Assembly: GCA_951406725.2 (NCBI GenBank)
Contig: OX597829.1
Location: forward strand, 22,568,001-22,632,000
Reading direction: 5' to 3'
Length of the DNA stretch: 64,000 nt
Source of the DNA: Octopus vulgaris
Lineage: Eukaryota
The notes below the pieces were generated by a model, which made no database searches, was not told the DNA's origin, and was given only the letters and a program-made list of their open reading frames with translations. Below, piece by piece: positions 27,582-43,968 of this stretch (its first letter is position 1; each line of letters begins with the position of its first letter). Position numbers and translations under genes: made by a program.

Positions 27582-27653
<72 letters not shown>

Positions 27654-27779
27654 AACATCATCATTATCATCAATCATCATTGTCGTCATCGTTGTTGTCA
27701 TCGTCATCATCATCATCATCATTATTATATTACTTCATAATGCAGCAAGGAGCCATATATGGAATAGCCTAAAGTGCTA

Positions 27780-29340
27780 GAGAATGGAGTTGACAGCAAG
27801 GAATCAAGTATTAGGAGAGGTGAAAATCAAGAGAAGAATCTTCCAGGGGGACAGTGTCTCCCTCACTGATCTTCGTGCTGGGAATGATACCCTTGAGTGA
27901 AATGCTACAGATAACAAATTTGGAGTATGATTTGGGAAGAGGTAAGGCAAAACTGAACCACTTGCTATTCATGGACAACTTGAAGCTATTCCCAAAAAGT
28001 GAGGCAGAACTGAACTGCCTAGTCCAGTCTGTGCAGATTTTCTCCAATTATATTAAAATGGATTTCGGACTCTTAAAATATGCTACGATGGTGATGAGAC
28101 GAGGAAAGCTTGCCAAGACAGAAGGCTTAGGGTTGCTAAGTGGTGAAATGATGAAGGCAATTCAACCTCAATCCAGCTATAAATGCCTGGGAATACTTGA
28201 GGCAGATGGAATAAAACACCACGTCATGAAGGAAAAGACAAAAAAAGAGATTACCTGCGGCGAGTGAGAAAAATATTGGCTTGGAAGGTGAATGTAAGAA
28301 ACATAATTTCGGCGATAAACTCACGCACAGTCGCAGTAGTTCGGTTTGACGCTGGAATGCTGAAGAGGACAGAGAAGGAGCTAAAGGAGATGGACAGGTA
28401 GTCAAGAAAGCTCCTGACGATGCATGGAGCTCATTATCCACGTGCAGACACTGATCGACAATACACGAAGAGAGCAAATGGAGGAAAGGGACTGATAATT
28501 GTGGAAGATTGCATGCATATCAAACTCGAGAGTTTAATGGGATACCTAGTCCAAAGTAAGGAAACCTAGCTTATGACAGTTAGGAATGAGGGAGTATTGA
28601 GATCAGAGAAAAAAGGGGAAAACAAAGGAAGAAGTACAAAAAGGACATGAAGAAGAATTACGCAAGAAGGGAGTACACAATCAATTCCACATAGCCACAA
28701 CAGAAATTGCTGGTAAAAATAGGTGGGATTGGCTGATGAAAAAGAGACAGGAGAGCACTATACTAGCAGTGTAAGACCAAGCTTTGACCATGAACTGAAG
28801 GGTCAACTTAAGGAATGAGCAAGTGTCTCTGCTGTGCTGCATCTGCAATAGAGTGGATGAAACCATTGCCCTTATCATGAATGAATGCCCTAGATTTGCT
28901 CAAAACTACTACAAGTTGTGGTGACATGATCAGGTAGTGAAAGTTAGCTACATTGGAAACTGTGCAAAAAGTGCAAGCTAGAGAGAGACAAGATGTGGTA
29001 TGAGCACAAACCACAGAGCGTGGAGACCGGACCTAGTGATGGTGGACAAGGAGCATCACATATGCTAAATAGTTGATGTTGCATGCCTCTTTGACTCACA
29101 AATAGTCAAAAAAGAAAGTGATAAAAAGATAGATATAACCCCCTTAAGTACAAAATAGCCTGGCTATGGAAAATGAAGAAGGTGAAGATAGTGCTAATTA
29201 ATGTTATGTCCTTGGGAACCAACAGAAGGCATCAAGGGGAATATAAAGGATATTGGAATAAGAGTGCCCAGTAGAACTGTTACAAAAGGTTTGCCTCCCT
29301 GGCACGGCCAGAATAATCAGGAAAGTATTAGATAGCTGAA
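27780..29340 (+). mobile_element. Decayed R4/Dong-like non-LTR retrotransposon (RT + RLE)
   Basis: IFQGDSVSL..; LNHLLFMDNLKLF (YMDD-like); YKCLGILEAD; MHGAHYPRADTDR..GGKGL; CICNRVDETI; QKVCLPGTARIIRKVLDS then stop. Confidence 0.85.
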
Positions 29341-29394
29341 AAGAATGAATAGCATGGTACCGTAGGCTACAGGTAGTAAGCCCGCTGCGCATGC

Positions 29395-29648
29395 AAGACT
29401 TGGCCTCCGTGCTGGTGGCATGTAACAAACACCATCCGATCAGCGCCGTGCCAGCCTCGTCTGGCGCCTGTGTCGGTGGCACATAAAAAGCACCCACTAC
29501 ACTCACGGAGTGGTTGGTGTTGCGAAGAGCATCCAGCTGTGGAAACACTGCCAGATCTGACTGGCCTAGTGCAGCCTTCGGGCTTTCCAGACCCCAGTTG
29601 AACCGTCCAACCCATGCTAGCATCGAAAGCGGACGTTAAACGATGATG
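29395..29648 (+). mobile_element. SINE family D (RTE-related, (GAT)n tail)
   Basis: GGAGTGGTTGGTGTTGCGAAGAGCATCCAGCTGT..AACCCATGCTAGCAT..GGACGTTAAACGATGATG; other copies at 33480-33850(-), 40150-40360(+), 48485-48608(-), 48700-48925(+), 57555-57640(+). Confidence 0.75.
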
Positions 29649-29675
29649 AATAATAATAATAAAATAATAATAATA

Positions 29676-29739
<64 letters not shown>

Positions 29740-29740
<1 letters not shown>

Positions 29741-30302
29741 TAATAAATGCCCTGATGCAGAACCAGGCAGTGGCTCTCATGGCTTCTGATCTTAACTGAT
29801 TGGAAGTGTTTTCATGTACATTGTTGTGTCTTGGTATAAAAGATGGGCTACAGTAAATATTCTGCTCAATACCACAGATTTGCTTGTCAGTTGTTTGACC
29901 ATAACCAGCTGAGCATGTCCCTTAGTGGCTGACAATATGTGCATCTCTGATCATGAGCAGAAGTAGTGGGGGAACATCATAGCCATGTGTTGAGAGGGAT
30001 TATTTGGGGTTTGAATAATTCACCTCTGGAAACATGGGTGTTTTATTCAACATCCTTAAACAACCCTCATTCAGGGACCTTTTGAGTGAGATGGGCTACT
30101 TGACCAGAAAAAAATTCTAATTGGGCCCTACCTGCAAGGTCATGTGCTGTTTATCTTGTTATGAGATCACCATGTTGTGCACATATGGTTGTGATGCATG
30201 TGCCTAGTGTACCCTTATCAGACAGTTAGTCATGATGGATATACTGGGCTTTGTATATTTTACCCCAGTGTCACTTTGATGGCATGCAGTACTCTCTCAC
30301 TC

Positions 30303-30303
<1 letters not shown>
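29740..30303 (+). mobile_element. Non-coding element inserted in (TAA)n
   Basis: (AAT)n on both sides; second copy at 14461-14979. Confidence 0.75.
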
Positions 30304-30358
<55 letters not shown>

Positions 30359-30387
30359 TAATAATAATATATATATATATATACACA

Positions 30388-30600
30388 TATGAAAGAGTGC
30401 TGAAAAGTTCCTGGCTTTAAGGTTATCCTGAAAGGCCTAGTTGGAGGCCCAACCTTCTGAGTATTTTTTACAGGGCTTAGAAAAACTGAAAGGCCACTGC
30501 AATAAGCATGTGAACCTGAGAGGGAAATATATTAAATAAAACCATAATTAACAGATCCTCCTGTATTTTCTTTTACTGGAACTTTTCAGCACACCATCAT
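30388..30600 (+). mobile_element. Mariner-derived MITE
   Basis: TIRs GTGCTGAAAAGTTCC and GGAACTTTTCAGCAC. Confidence 0.75.
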
Positions 30601-30611
30601 GTGTAATATAT

Positions 30612-30900
30612 AGTGTTTAGGGCAGCAGATTTGCAGTCGGGGGATCGCGGTTTCGATTCCCAGACCAGGCGTTGTGTGTATTTATTGAGCAAAAACATCT
30701 AAAACTCCACGAGGCTCCAGCAGGGGGTGGTGGCGCCCCCTGTTGTACTCTTTTGCCCCAACTTTCTCTCATTCTTTCTTCCTGTTTCTTGAGTAATGCT
30801 GAAATGGACTGGCGTCCTGTCCAGCTGGGGGGAAGACATACGCCATAGAAACCAGGAAACCGGGCCCATGAGCCCGGTTAGGCTTGAAAAGGGCGCATAA
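30612..30900 (+). mobile_element. SINE family C copy
   Basis: B box GTTTCGATTCC; V-like ATGGACTGGCGTCCTGTCCAG. Confidence 0.7.
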
Positions 30901-30938
30901 ATAATATATATATATGTATATGTATATATGTATATATG

Positions 30939-30969
<31 letters not shown>

Positions 30970-31185
30970 TCCAAACTTACAGGGAAAAATTCAATTTAGA
31001 AATGCTAAATCAAATTTCACAAAATATAATATACATATATAAATTAGAAAAAAAACACCTTTTATCAATTCAATAATGAAAAATTAAATTATACCATTTA
31101 GAAAAATTACATATTGTAGAAAGATTAAATATAAAACAAAACATATAACAATGATTAAGTAATGTGCAAAATAATAAACATAATG

Positions 31186-31361
<176 letters not shown>

Positions 31362-32171
31362 TGCTTCAGTCATTGGACTGCAGCCATGTAGGGACACCAC
31401 CTTGATGCTTTGGACCCTGATATGGCTGGTAACCCGTCTGAACATTTATAAGGCAGTGGTGGGGAGAGGTAGAGATTCAAATGGTTGCAGCACTGTGAAC
31501 TCCACTAAAGTCCTCCGAAGAGCAGGTGTTGATGTTCAATCTAAACCAACCAACTAACAGACCGACCGACCGACCGACCGACCGACCGACCGACCGACCA
31601 ACCAGCCAACCGGCTGACCGTCATATTTCAAGCCTGTCACACAAAATGCTTCTCACATCTGTCCATGTTTTCTTGATTCATTCATAAAAAAAAAAAAAAT
31701 AACAACAACAACAACAACAACTGAAAAGATAACTGTTATTTACTACACACCTCTCGTTTCACATTTCACGTCCATCAAATTATACAAATGTGCATTGTTA
31801 TATAGCCAACCAACCAACCAGCCAGCCAGCCAGCCAGCCAGCCATCCAGCCGACCACCCAACCACCACCGCCACAACCACCACCACCACCACCACCTCCG
31901 CCACACACCGCCGCTCCTTCATCACATCACAACTGCTGCTCTTTTAAACCTGTCTTTGCTGCCATTACTTTGTCATGATTATAAAAAAAAAAAAAGAAGT
32001 AAAACTATAATAAAAATTTTTTAAAAAAAACTCCTACAGTAAAAAAAAAAAAGCTTAAGGCTTTTCAAATGCAGCAGCCATTGAAGCTGAATGTAATAAT
32101 ATATAAAGAAAGAGAGAAGAATACAATGCTCTCCATTTCTCTTTCCCTCTCTTTATCTCTGCCTTTCACTC

Positions 32172-32202
<31 letters not shown>

Positions 32203-32369
32203 ACACGCACGCACACACACACACACTCGCACGCACACATACATGTTAATATTTTGCTTAAGCATAGTGATACTATTAACCTGGATGGTTTCTTCCTTTC
32301 TTATTTCAATTTCTTATATATACATACATACATGCATGCATGCATACATACATACATACGTACGTACGT

Positions 32370-32405
<36 letters not shown>

Positions 32406-32523
32406 CTATATAGATAGATAGATAGATAGATCAATATATCAGATATATATAGATAAAGATATCTACGTATATACATGTGTATGTGTGTGTGTGTGTATAT
32501 ATATATATATGTATATCCATATA

Positions 32524-32611
<88 letters not shown>

Positions 32612-32647
32612 TATATATATATATACACACACATATATATATATCAT

Positions 32648-32685
<38 letters not shown>

Positions 32686-32779
32686 GTATATATTTATTCA
32701 TTTAAAATGTGACCGCCTGAGTACCGTTGGCGATTTTTTTCCCTCCGTCTTCCCTTCTTTGGATCTTTCCTTCTCCTAT

Positions 32780-32814
32780 GTTTCTGATGAAGAGCTCCGC
32801 TCGAAACGTTAAAC
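32780..32814 (+). ncRNA. Minimal hammerhead motif (family HH-B; host repeat ~32712-32905)
   Basis: GTTT-CTGATGA-a-GAGC tcc GCTC-GAA-ACGT-T-AAAC; palindromic stem III. Confidence 0.75.
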
Positions 32815-32900
32815 CCTCCTTCTTTCCTTCTTTCTTGAGCGTCCAATAATACTATACTTGTTCCACGTCTTCGCGTTGTTGTGTTTTCATGTTTGGATTA

Positions 32901-32974
<74 letters not shown>

Positions 32975-33009
32975 TACATATGTATGTGTGTGTGTTGTCT
33001 GCATGTGCG

Positions 33010-33040
<31 letters not shown>

Positions 33041-33079
33041 GTGTATATATATATGTGTGTGTGTGTGTGTGTTTTTTTA

Positions 33080-33456
33080 TTCTTTTACTTGTTTCAGTCA
33101 TTTGACTGCGGCCAAGCACTGTCTTTGGTCGAAGAAATTGACCCCAGGACTTATTCTTTGTAAGCCTAATATTCTATCAGTCTCTTTTGCCAAACTGCTA
33201 AGTTATGGGAATGTAAACACACCAACATCAGTCATCAAGCGATGGTGGTGGGGGACAAACACAGACACACACACACATAAATACACACATATATACGATG
33301 GGCTTCTTTCAGTTTCCGTCTACCAAATCCACTCATAAGGCTTTGGTCAGCCCAAGGCTATAGTAGAAGACACTTAGCCAAGGTACCACTCAGTGAGACT
33401 GAACCCAGAACCATGTGGTTGGGAAGTAAGCTTCTTACCCCACAGCCATACCTACG
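33080..33456 (-). mobile_element. SINE family A copy
   Basis: Reverse-complement similarity to family A. Confidence 0.85.
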
Positions 33457-33870
33457 CTTATATATATATATATATATATCATCATCATCGTTTAACATCC
33501 GCTTTCCATGCTAGCATGGGTTGGACGATTTGACTGAGGGCTGGCAAACCAGATGGTTGCACCAGGCTCCAATCTTGGTCTGGCAGAGTTTCTACAGCTG
33601 GATGCCCTTCCTAACGCCAACCACTCTGAGAGTGTAGTGGGTGTTTTTATGTGCCACCGGCACGAGGGCCAGTCAGGCAGCACTGGCAACAACCTCACTC
33701 GAGTCTTTTACACATTCCATCGGCACAGGTGCCAGTAAGGCGATGCTGGTAACGATCACGCTCGAATGGTGTCTTTTACGTTCCACCAGCACAGAGGCCA
33801 GGTAGCTGCTCTGGCAACGATCACGCTCGGATGGTGCTCATAACACCCTACTATATATACGTGTGTGTGT

Positions 33871-33915
<45 letters not shown>

Positions 33916-34440
33916 TATGTGTGTGTCTGTGTGTATCCCAACATAACTCAACCAACCTTTGCACTGGCCAAAAGGAATAAACAACCATCTGTTAAACATC
34001 TATTAATGTAATATTACCTGAAGAAATAAATCCATGATGATCATCAATCTGATACCTGCTGATACTATGGGCAACGCTGTAATCATCTCAAGAATACGGA
34101 CCGCAATTTTAAGAAATTTGTGATTTGCGAAAATACGTGTAGCGATGCATTTATGAATTCCATCCAAGGATTATTGTTATTATTACTACATATACACATA
34201 ATTGTGTGTGTGTATATAAATATATGTGTGTTTATATGTATTTATATGTGTGTATACATATGTGAGTGTGTGTGTGGTGAGTATACCCATGACCATGTGG
34301 TAAGAAGCTTGCTTCACAACCACATGGTTCCAGGTTTAGTCCCACTGTTTGAGGTCTTGGATGAGTGTCCTCTGCTATAGTTCTAGACCAACCAGAGCCT
34401 TGTTATTGGATTTGGTAAATGGAAACTGAAAGAAACCTGT

Positions 34441-34498
<58 letters not shown>

Positions 34499-34797
34499 AT
34501 ATATACCGGAGTAATAACATAAATGTGAAACAAGGTGGAAAAAAGTAGAGGTAGAGTAATATGTTTTATTTAAAAGCAGCAGAAATATAACAAAAGCTGT
34601 TACTCAGAGTTTCACGTTCCTGTTCGGATGGGCGGATAACTGAAGAGAAGGTGGCGTGGATTTCCACCCCGACATCCGAAACTCGGAGTTTTATCATGGC
34701 TACCGAATAATTGTCACATTACATTTACACATAAATACCTCTATTTACATAATATCAAGGTCTCTTTCATTCCTTTGTTGTCTTACCATTTCTATCC

Positions 34798-34832
<35 letters not shown>

Positions 34833-34860
34833 GACGTGTGCATATATATATATATACACA

Positions 34861-35418
34861 TCTGTTATATAAAATCCATTCTGTCTGTCTGTCTGTGTGT
34901 CGTCTCGGATCTCAGGCATCCTCCCTCCGATTGCGCTCAAATTTGATATGTAGATACCGATGGTATCAGGGCGTGTATAAGTCTTGAAAAAATTACAAAA
35001 ATCGATTCCAGGTGAGAATGCAATCGATAAAGCCTTGGGAACGTGCATTTGTATGCACAAGTACATCAGCTGTTGCGATCGATACTACGTGTACGCAAGA
35101 AAAATGCATGTGCAGTTTGTGCAAAAAAAGCTGGCTTGCTTGAAATAATGCCACAAAATGCAGTATATTTAAGAGACCAAAGAAGTAAGATGCAAAAGAG
35201 ATATTTTCTTCAAACTTGGCATGAAGGAAGGAAAGATTATTTGGTTTCTCAAGAAGTTTTTTTTGTTGCTTTAACTTCGTTTAACAAAACCAAAAATTTT
35301 ATTGAAATAAAGGCATGCTTAATTATTTTTTAATGAAAAGAAAACAGTGATTGCTTTTTATTCAGCAGATATGATTCAGTACCGTCCATTAGAGGGGGGG
35401 GGGGGCGTTTTGCTCATA
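34861..35418 (+). mobile_element. Helitron-like non-autonomous family H2
   Basis: A|TC..TATATAAAATCC 5' end resembling H1; both termini are shared with the minus-strand copy at 62529-62905, but the interiors differ. Confidence 0.5.
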
Positions 35419-35426
35419 TATATATA

Positions 35427-35655
35427 GGCGGTGAGCTGGCAGATGCGTTAGCGCGCCGGGCAAAATGTTTAGCGGTATTTCGTCTGTCGTTACGTTCTGA
35501 GTTCAAATTCCGCCAATATCGACTTTGCCTTTCATCCATTCGGGGTCGATAAATAAAGTACCAGTTTCGCACTGGGGTCGATGTAATCGACTTAATCCCT
35601 TTGTCTGTCCTTGTTTGTCCCCTCTATGTTTAGCCCCTTGTGGGCAATAAAGAAA
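35427..35655 (+). mobile_element. SINE family B copy
   Basis: Similarity to 13018-13247. Confidence 0.9.
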
Positions 35656-35970
35656 TATATATATAGATGTAATCTCTAGACCCAGCACTGTCAAATATTA
35701 TTATGAATAATGGTCAATACTAAATCAGTGAGCTCCCACCTGTCCCTTTACCCCCCCCCCAAAAAAAAAACCATGTGTTAGCGTGTCAGATTGTGCTAAT
35801 CTCCTTATTTATATGTACGACTGCCCAGTCACATGTCTACAGTACATGAGAAGTATTTATCTGTTAGTGTGTGTATATATATACATATATATATATATGT
35901 AGGTCCCGGGTTGATTCGGGGTTAACCACAGTAAATAAGGTACTCAATACATAGCAGAGTAAAATTAATT

Positions 35971-36356
35971 TATTATATAGAAGGAGCTTCTACAGGACTA
36001 GAACTGTTTCATTCAAGAGAAATCTTCAGGAAGCTAGTTAACAAGAATTGTATTGGCATTTATACATTTAGGCAGGTTTAAAGGGGTGGTGGTGGGGGAC
36101 TTTTTGGGGTAGGCATAGCGCAAAAATATCATACTTGGGGGAGTGGTCAAGGAGTCAGTGGTAAATTAGATAAAAGAATAAATAAAAGAATAAAAAAATA
36201 TATAGAAGAATAGAGTTTTAGGTAAATAAGGAGATTCTCACTTATACCTATACACATATGTATACATATATACACACACACACACACATATGCATACACA
36301 CATGCATACACACACACACACATATATACATACACACACATATACATACATATATC

Positions 36357-36402
<46 letters not shown>

Positions 36403-36591
36403 TACACACATACATGCATATACATATACACACACACATGTATATATACACACACGACCACACATACATATACACACAAAAAAAATATATACATACACAC
36501 ATATACACATACACACATACACACACATATCCACATACACACATGCACACACAACACACAAGTCCCTATATACACATATATACATATACAC

Positions 36592-36637
<46 letters not shown>

Positions 36638-37056
36638 GTGTACCTATACATACCTACACATACGCACATATACATACAGATACAAACCCATTCCCTAATT
36701 TTAATTTTATTATCTTTGACCGCTGGTCACAAGCATCTTGGCTACGACAGCAGTCCATTTATCTTTCTACTTGAACACAAGCACTCACTCACGCACGCAC
36801 ACTCATTAGCACGCACACTCACTCATTCGTACACTCATACACATACACGCACGTACGCGTTATATTCATACATGAGTGAGTGCTTGTGTTCAAGTAGAAA
36901 GATAAATGGACTTGCTGTCGTAGCCAAGATGCTTGTGACCAGCGGTCAAAGATAACAAAAGTAATAAATGAAGATAATAAAATTAAAATTAGGGAATGGG
37001 TTTGTATCTGTATGTATATGTGCGTATGTGTAGGTATGTATAGGTACACATATGTG

Positions 37057-37109
<53 letters not shown>

Positions 37110-37293
37110 ATATGTATATATGTGTATATAGGGACTTGTGTGTTGTGTGTGCATGTGTGTATGTGGATATGTGTGTGTATGTGTGTATGTGTATGTGTGT
37201 GTATGTATATATTTTTTTGTGTGTATATGTATGTGTGGTCGTGTGTGTATATATACATGTGTGTGTGTATATGTATATGCATGTATGTGTGTA

Positions 37294-37326
<33 letters not shown>

Positions 37327-37694
37327 GTAGATATATGTATGTATATGTGTGTGTATGTATATATGTGTGTGTATGCATGTGTGTATGCATATGTGTGTGT
37401 GTATATATGTATACATATGTGTATAGGTATAAGTGAGAATCTCCTTATTTACCTAAAACTCTATCCTTCTATATATTTTTTTATTCTTTTATTTATTCTT
37501 TTATCTAATTTACCACTGACTCCTTGACCACTCCCCCAAGTATGATATTTTTGCGCTATGCCTACCCCCAAAAGTCCCCCACCACCACCCCTTTAAACCT
37601 GCCTAAATGTATAAATGCCAATACAATTCTTGTTAACTAGCTTCCTGAAGATTTCTCTTGAATGAAACAGTTCTAGTCCTGTAGAAGCTCCTTC

Positions 37695-37703
<9 letters not shown>
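35971..37703. repeat. ~1.7-kb near-perfect inverted duplication (arms ~820 bp, spacer ~80 bp)
   Basis: 35971-36791 is the reverse complement of 36873-37703, including unique sequence and microsatellite interruptions. Confidence 0.95.
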
Positions 37704-37744
<41 letters not shown>

Positions 37745-37851
37745 TTGTATTTATACATGTGTATGTATAGATGTATGTATGTATATTTGTATGTGTGCAT
37801 ATGTGTATCTGTATTTACGTGTGAGTGCATGTGTATGTATATACATATGTA

Positions 37852-37912
<61 letters not shown>

Positions 37913-38002
37913 AGAAGAAATGAGGTAATCAGAAGATCGGATGGTTTATATTTACAGATATTTTATATATTACATTTTTTACATATATATCATATCACTT
38001 AG

Positions 38003-38140
<138 letters not shown>

Positions 38141-38323
38141 GCATTTGTATGTGTAAGTGTGGATATATGTGCACACACACAGAGGCCTGTGTGCATGTGT
38201 GTGAGTGGGAGACTATGGATATATATATATACCTTAATATATGCATATGTGTATGCACATATATATTTATCTATGTGTCTATGCTTATATACGTGTATAT
38301 ACACATGTATGTGTGAGTAGAAA

Positions 38324-38372
<49 letters not shown>

Positions 38373-38489
38373 ATATATATATTATATATGTTTGTCTGTC
38401 TATATATGTGTATACTTGTTTGGATTTATTTTATTTATATATATGTATATATGTATGTATATGTATGAATGTGTATGTGTGTGGATAAC

Positions 38490-40125
<1,636 letters not shown>

Positions 40126-40360
40126 TAAAAAAATTAACATGCAAATGTAGCCGATGCTATTGCCACTTGACTAGCTTCCGTGCTGGTGACACGTAAAAAC
40201 TACCCACTACACTCTCGGAGTGGTTGGCATTAGGAAGGGCATCAAGCTGTAGAAACTTTGCCAGATCAGATTGGAGCCTGGTATGGCCTCCTGGCTTGCC
40301 AGTCCTAAGTCAAACCATCCAACCTATGCCAGTATGGAAGGTGGAAGTTAAACGATGATG

Positions 40361-40396
<36 letters not shown>

Positions 40397-40801
40397 TCTT
40401 TTACTTGCTTCAGTCATTTGACTGTGGCCATGCTGGAGCACTATCTTTAGCAGAAAAAAATAGACCCCAGGACTTATTCTTTGTAAGTCTAGTACTTATT
40501 TTATCAATCGTTTTTGCTGAACTGCTAAGTTATGGGGCCGTAAACACATCAACATCAGTTGTCAAACAATGGTGGGGTGGGGGGAACACAGATGCACAAA
40601 CATATACCTACACATATATATATAATAGTGTACATTTAAACACAAGAGAAGCTACTTTTGACAGGTAATTTTACATGATAGAAGAAGCAGTCAAAATGAC
40701 CAAAAACCACATTTAAGAGCAATTTCGAAGGGAATAAAAATTAAAAACTTTTACCTTGTTATTTTTTTATGGTTATACCTAGGTTTCGAATCTTTTTAGC
40801 A

Positions 40802-40843
<42 letters not shown>

Positions 40844-41015
40844 GAGGGGCTTCTTTCAGTTTCTGTCTACCAAATCCACTCCAAAGGCTTTGGTCGGCCC
40901 AAGGCTATGGTAGAAGACACTTGACCAAGGTGCCACACAGTGGGACTGAACTCGGAACCAATTGGCTGGGATGCAAGCTTCTTACCACACACACACACAC
41001 ACACACATCAAATGA

Positions 41016-41054
<39 letters not shown>

Positions 41055-41544
41055 CAGCAGCAGCAGCAGTAGTTGTTGTAGTAGTAGTAGGGGGGAGGGG
41101 AGGGGAGGCAGTGAATTGGTTGTAGCAGCAGTAGAAGCAGCAGCAGCAACTGCAGTAATATCATATTTGAGCTTGATCCTGCAGATTAAATACAGAATGA
41201 AAATTAATAGTTTCTTTGGTTTTTTTTTAAATATGATATATTGCAAATGAATGTAGAAATAATAGATCTTGAAATAATATTTTTCATGATCGTGATGATG
41301 ATGATGGTAATGGTGGTTGTGGCGGTGGTGATCGTGATGGTGGTTGTGCCAGTAGTAGTAGTAGTAGTAGTAGTGGTGGACACTGGTGGTATTTCCGAGC
41401 AAATATTGGAATTTCAACCCAATATTTACATGGTATTATTTATAACTTCATGAGCTTTGAGATGCATTGATTCAAAACTGATATATATATATTGGGCAAT
41501 TTTTTTCCTCCGTCTTCCCTTCTTTGGATCTTTCCTTTTCCTAT

Positions 41545-41579
41545 GTTTCTGACGAAGAGCTCTGCTCGAAACATTAAAC
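41545..41579 (+). ncRNA. Hammerhead motif, family HH-B second copy (stem III mutated)
   Basis: GTTT-CTGACGA-a-GAGC tct GCTC-GAAACATT-AAAC; host repeat 41492-41662 matches 32712-32905. Confidence 0.6.
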
Positions 41580-41687
41580 CCTCCTTCTTTCCTGAGCGTC
41601 CAATAATACTATATTTGTTCCACATCCTCGCGTTGTTGTGTTTTCATGTTTGGATTAACTTTATATATATATGTATATATGTATGTA

Positions 41688-41725
<38 letters not shown>

Positions 41726-42072
41726 ACAAAGTGTACATACGCCATTATATATATATAAATACAAAATGGGACAAGAACGCAAAACATCCAGATATTTTTG
41801 TATTTATATTCGTGTAACATCGTCTGTTTTTCCATCCTAGTTTCGTATACATTCAAAGCTTTTTCTAAGGAATCTAATGCTCTTAGCTTAGTTTTTCCTT
41901 GGGGCTGGCCAGATTGGGGCAATCTCAAGATTAATCAGCCGAAATTGCAAGGATGATCCAGTTCTTGACTGAAGATTAAATGCTTTGAATGACCTGTCCG
42001 TGTTTTTTGTATCGTCTATCTGGATGATTTGCGTTTTTGTCCCATTTATATTTATATATATATATATATACT

Positions 42073-42117
<45 letters not shown>

Positions 42118-43499
42118 GCTTTGAATAATATATTATATGTATGTTATTATGGTTGTCGTTTTGATTAATAAATAAGGCAACATTTTAATATCCTAAAGTT
42201 GATGAGCCAATTAATGTGCTTCACCATTTTCTTATTTGCTATATATAATATATATATATATTCTTTTATTTTTTTTACTTGTTTTAGTCATTTGACTGCG
42301 GCCATGCTGGAGCATCGCCTTTAGTCGAACAAATCAACCCCAGGACTTATTCTTTGTAAGCCTAATACTTATTCTATCGATCTCTTTTGCTGAACCTCTA
42401 AGTTGCACATTTAACACAAGCAATATTCCATGATATCAAAAAAAAACTAGCTCCAGTCATGTATTGGATTCCTTGCTGAATGTTGTCAGTGGTGTCTGCT
42501 GGCTATTTAGTGATGTTTTTAACACAACTTGTTTTACCTTAGTTCTGATTTAGGTGGTTAATCATGCAAAAAGCTTTTTGTGTTTTGGTTCACAGTGGTG
42601 TTTCAAGTTTTGCTTTTTGTAATGACTCAGAGAGAATTGGCAGATAAGGCATAAAGGTTTACCTTCCTCAATGGTGAATGCAAAATTCCCCTCTCACTCT
42701 GTTTTCATCTTCATATTTTTGTTTCTTTCAATTTGTTACGTTCTACCTTCAAAGATTTTTCACCAATACTTGTAAACAAAACTCGTATCCAATGGCTACC
42801 AACTTGTTATCTACCGTTGAATGGCTTATATTACATTGCATTAATATATGTGACAAGAGTGCAGTTGGGGTGAGGCTCGTAAAACCATCTGTGGCCACTC
42901 TCAATGCCCCTACCCCTTCCAAATATTTGACCCTAATATTTACAAACTCGATCTTCTGATATTCTGTAACCCTTGCTAATCTTGAATTTCTTACCTCACT
43001 CGGACCTAGCATTATTGTTTAGAATTGTTTCTGTTGCTCATTGCTGTATTTGGGGGGGGGGGGAATTCATCACGTAGCAAAATAATATAAAATATTGAGT
43101 TAATAAATGGTATATCATTCTAAGCCTTACAATGCCTATAATGGGTTAAAGAGAAATGTACCAAGTAATGAAAGATAAGGAAGAGACATTAAATAGGTTT
43201 TTCCCATTTGTTGTCACTTTGAAGTATGTGTGAAACATGGTGGCGTGTTTCAAAAGAGTTGAAAATAACATTCCACATACAAATGACATGTCCTTATATA
43301 TTTTTTATGTGACTCCCTTGTTGCAAGTTGAGTGGGAAACTTGATGATAGGTGTGGCTGTACGGTAAGAAGCTTGTTTCCCAATCAGGTGGTTCCAAGTT
43401 CAGTCCTACGGCATAACACCTTAGGCAAGTTTCTTCTGTTATAGCCTTGGGCTAACCAAAGCCTTGTGAGAGGATTTGGTAGACAGAAACAGAAAGAAA

Positions 43500-43530
<31 letters not shown>

Positions 43531-43533
<3 letters not shown>

Positions 43534-43759
43534 CTTTATTTAAAGCAGCAGAAAATTCAACAAAACCTGTTACTCTGAGTTTCCGTTGCCGTTCATCGGA
43601 CAGTTTTTGCTAGAAAAAAATGTCCGACGAACGGCAACGTGAAACTCAGAGTAACAGGTTTTGTTGAATTTTCTGCTGCTTTAAATAAAGCATATTACTC
43701 TACCACTGGTATTTGAGTACTCTTTTTTCCACCTTGTTTCACATTTATGTGTTTACTCC

Positions 43760-43762
<3 letters not shown>
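43531..43762. mobile_element. Palindromic family HH-C copy
   Basis: Same inverted structure as 13931-14153; hammerhead motif at 43621-43657. Confidence 0.75.
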
Positions 43763-43802
<40 letters not shown>

Positions 43803-43857
43803 GAAATATTAAAATTACTAAGTCTCTCTAAAAGAGAATATGGCAGCGTTCCTGGAA

Positions 43858-43968
43858 ATTAATAGTTATCGCCATACTAATATGGCATTCTTATAAAAAT
43901 AAGAATAAAGCGGACCGCTTTATTCTTATTTTTATAAGAATGCCATATTAGTATGGCGATAACTATTA

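Noticed and set aside
41760-42050. Repeat (also 61810-62060) with CTGAAGA/CTGAGGA..GAAT
   Set aside because: It is a real dispersed repeat, but stems II/III and GAAA do not form a convincing hammerhead.
42749-43012. ORF with VATDGFTSL, faintly piggyBac-like, and GGG|TTAA at ~43143
   Set aside because: Similarity is too weak and no matching left TIR was found.
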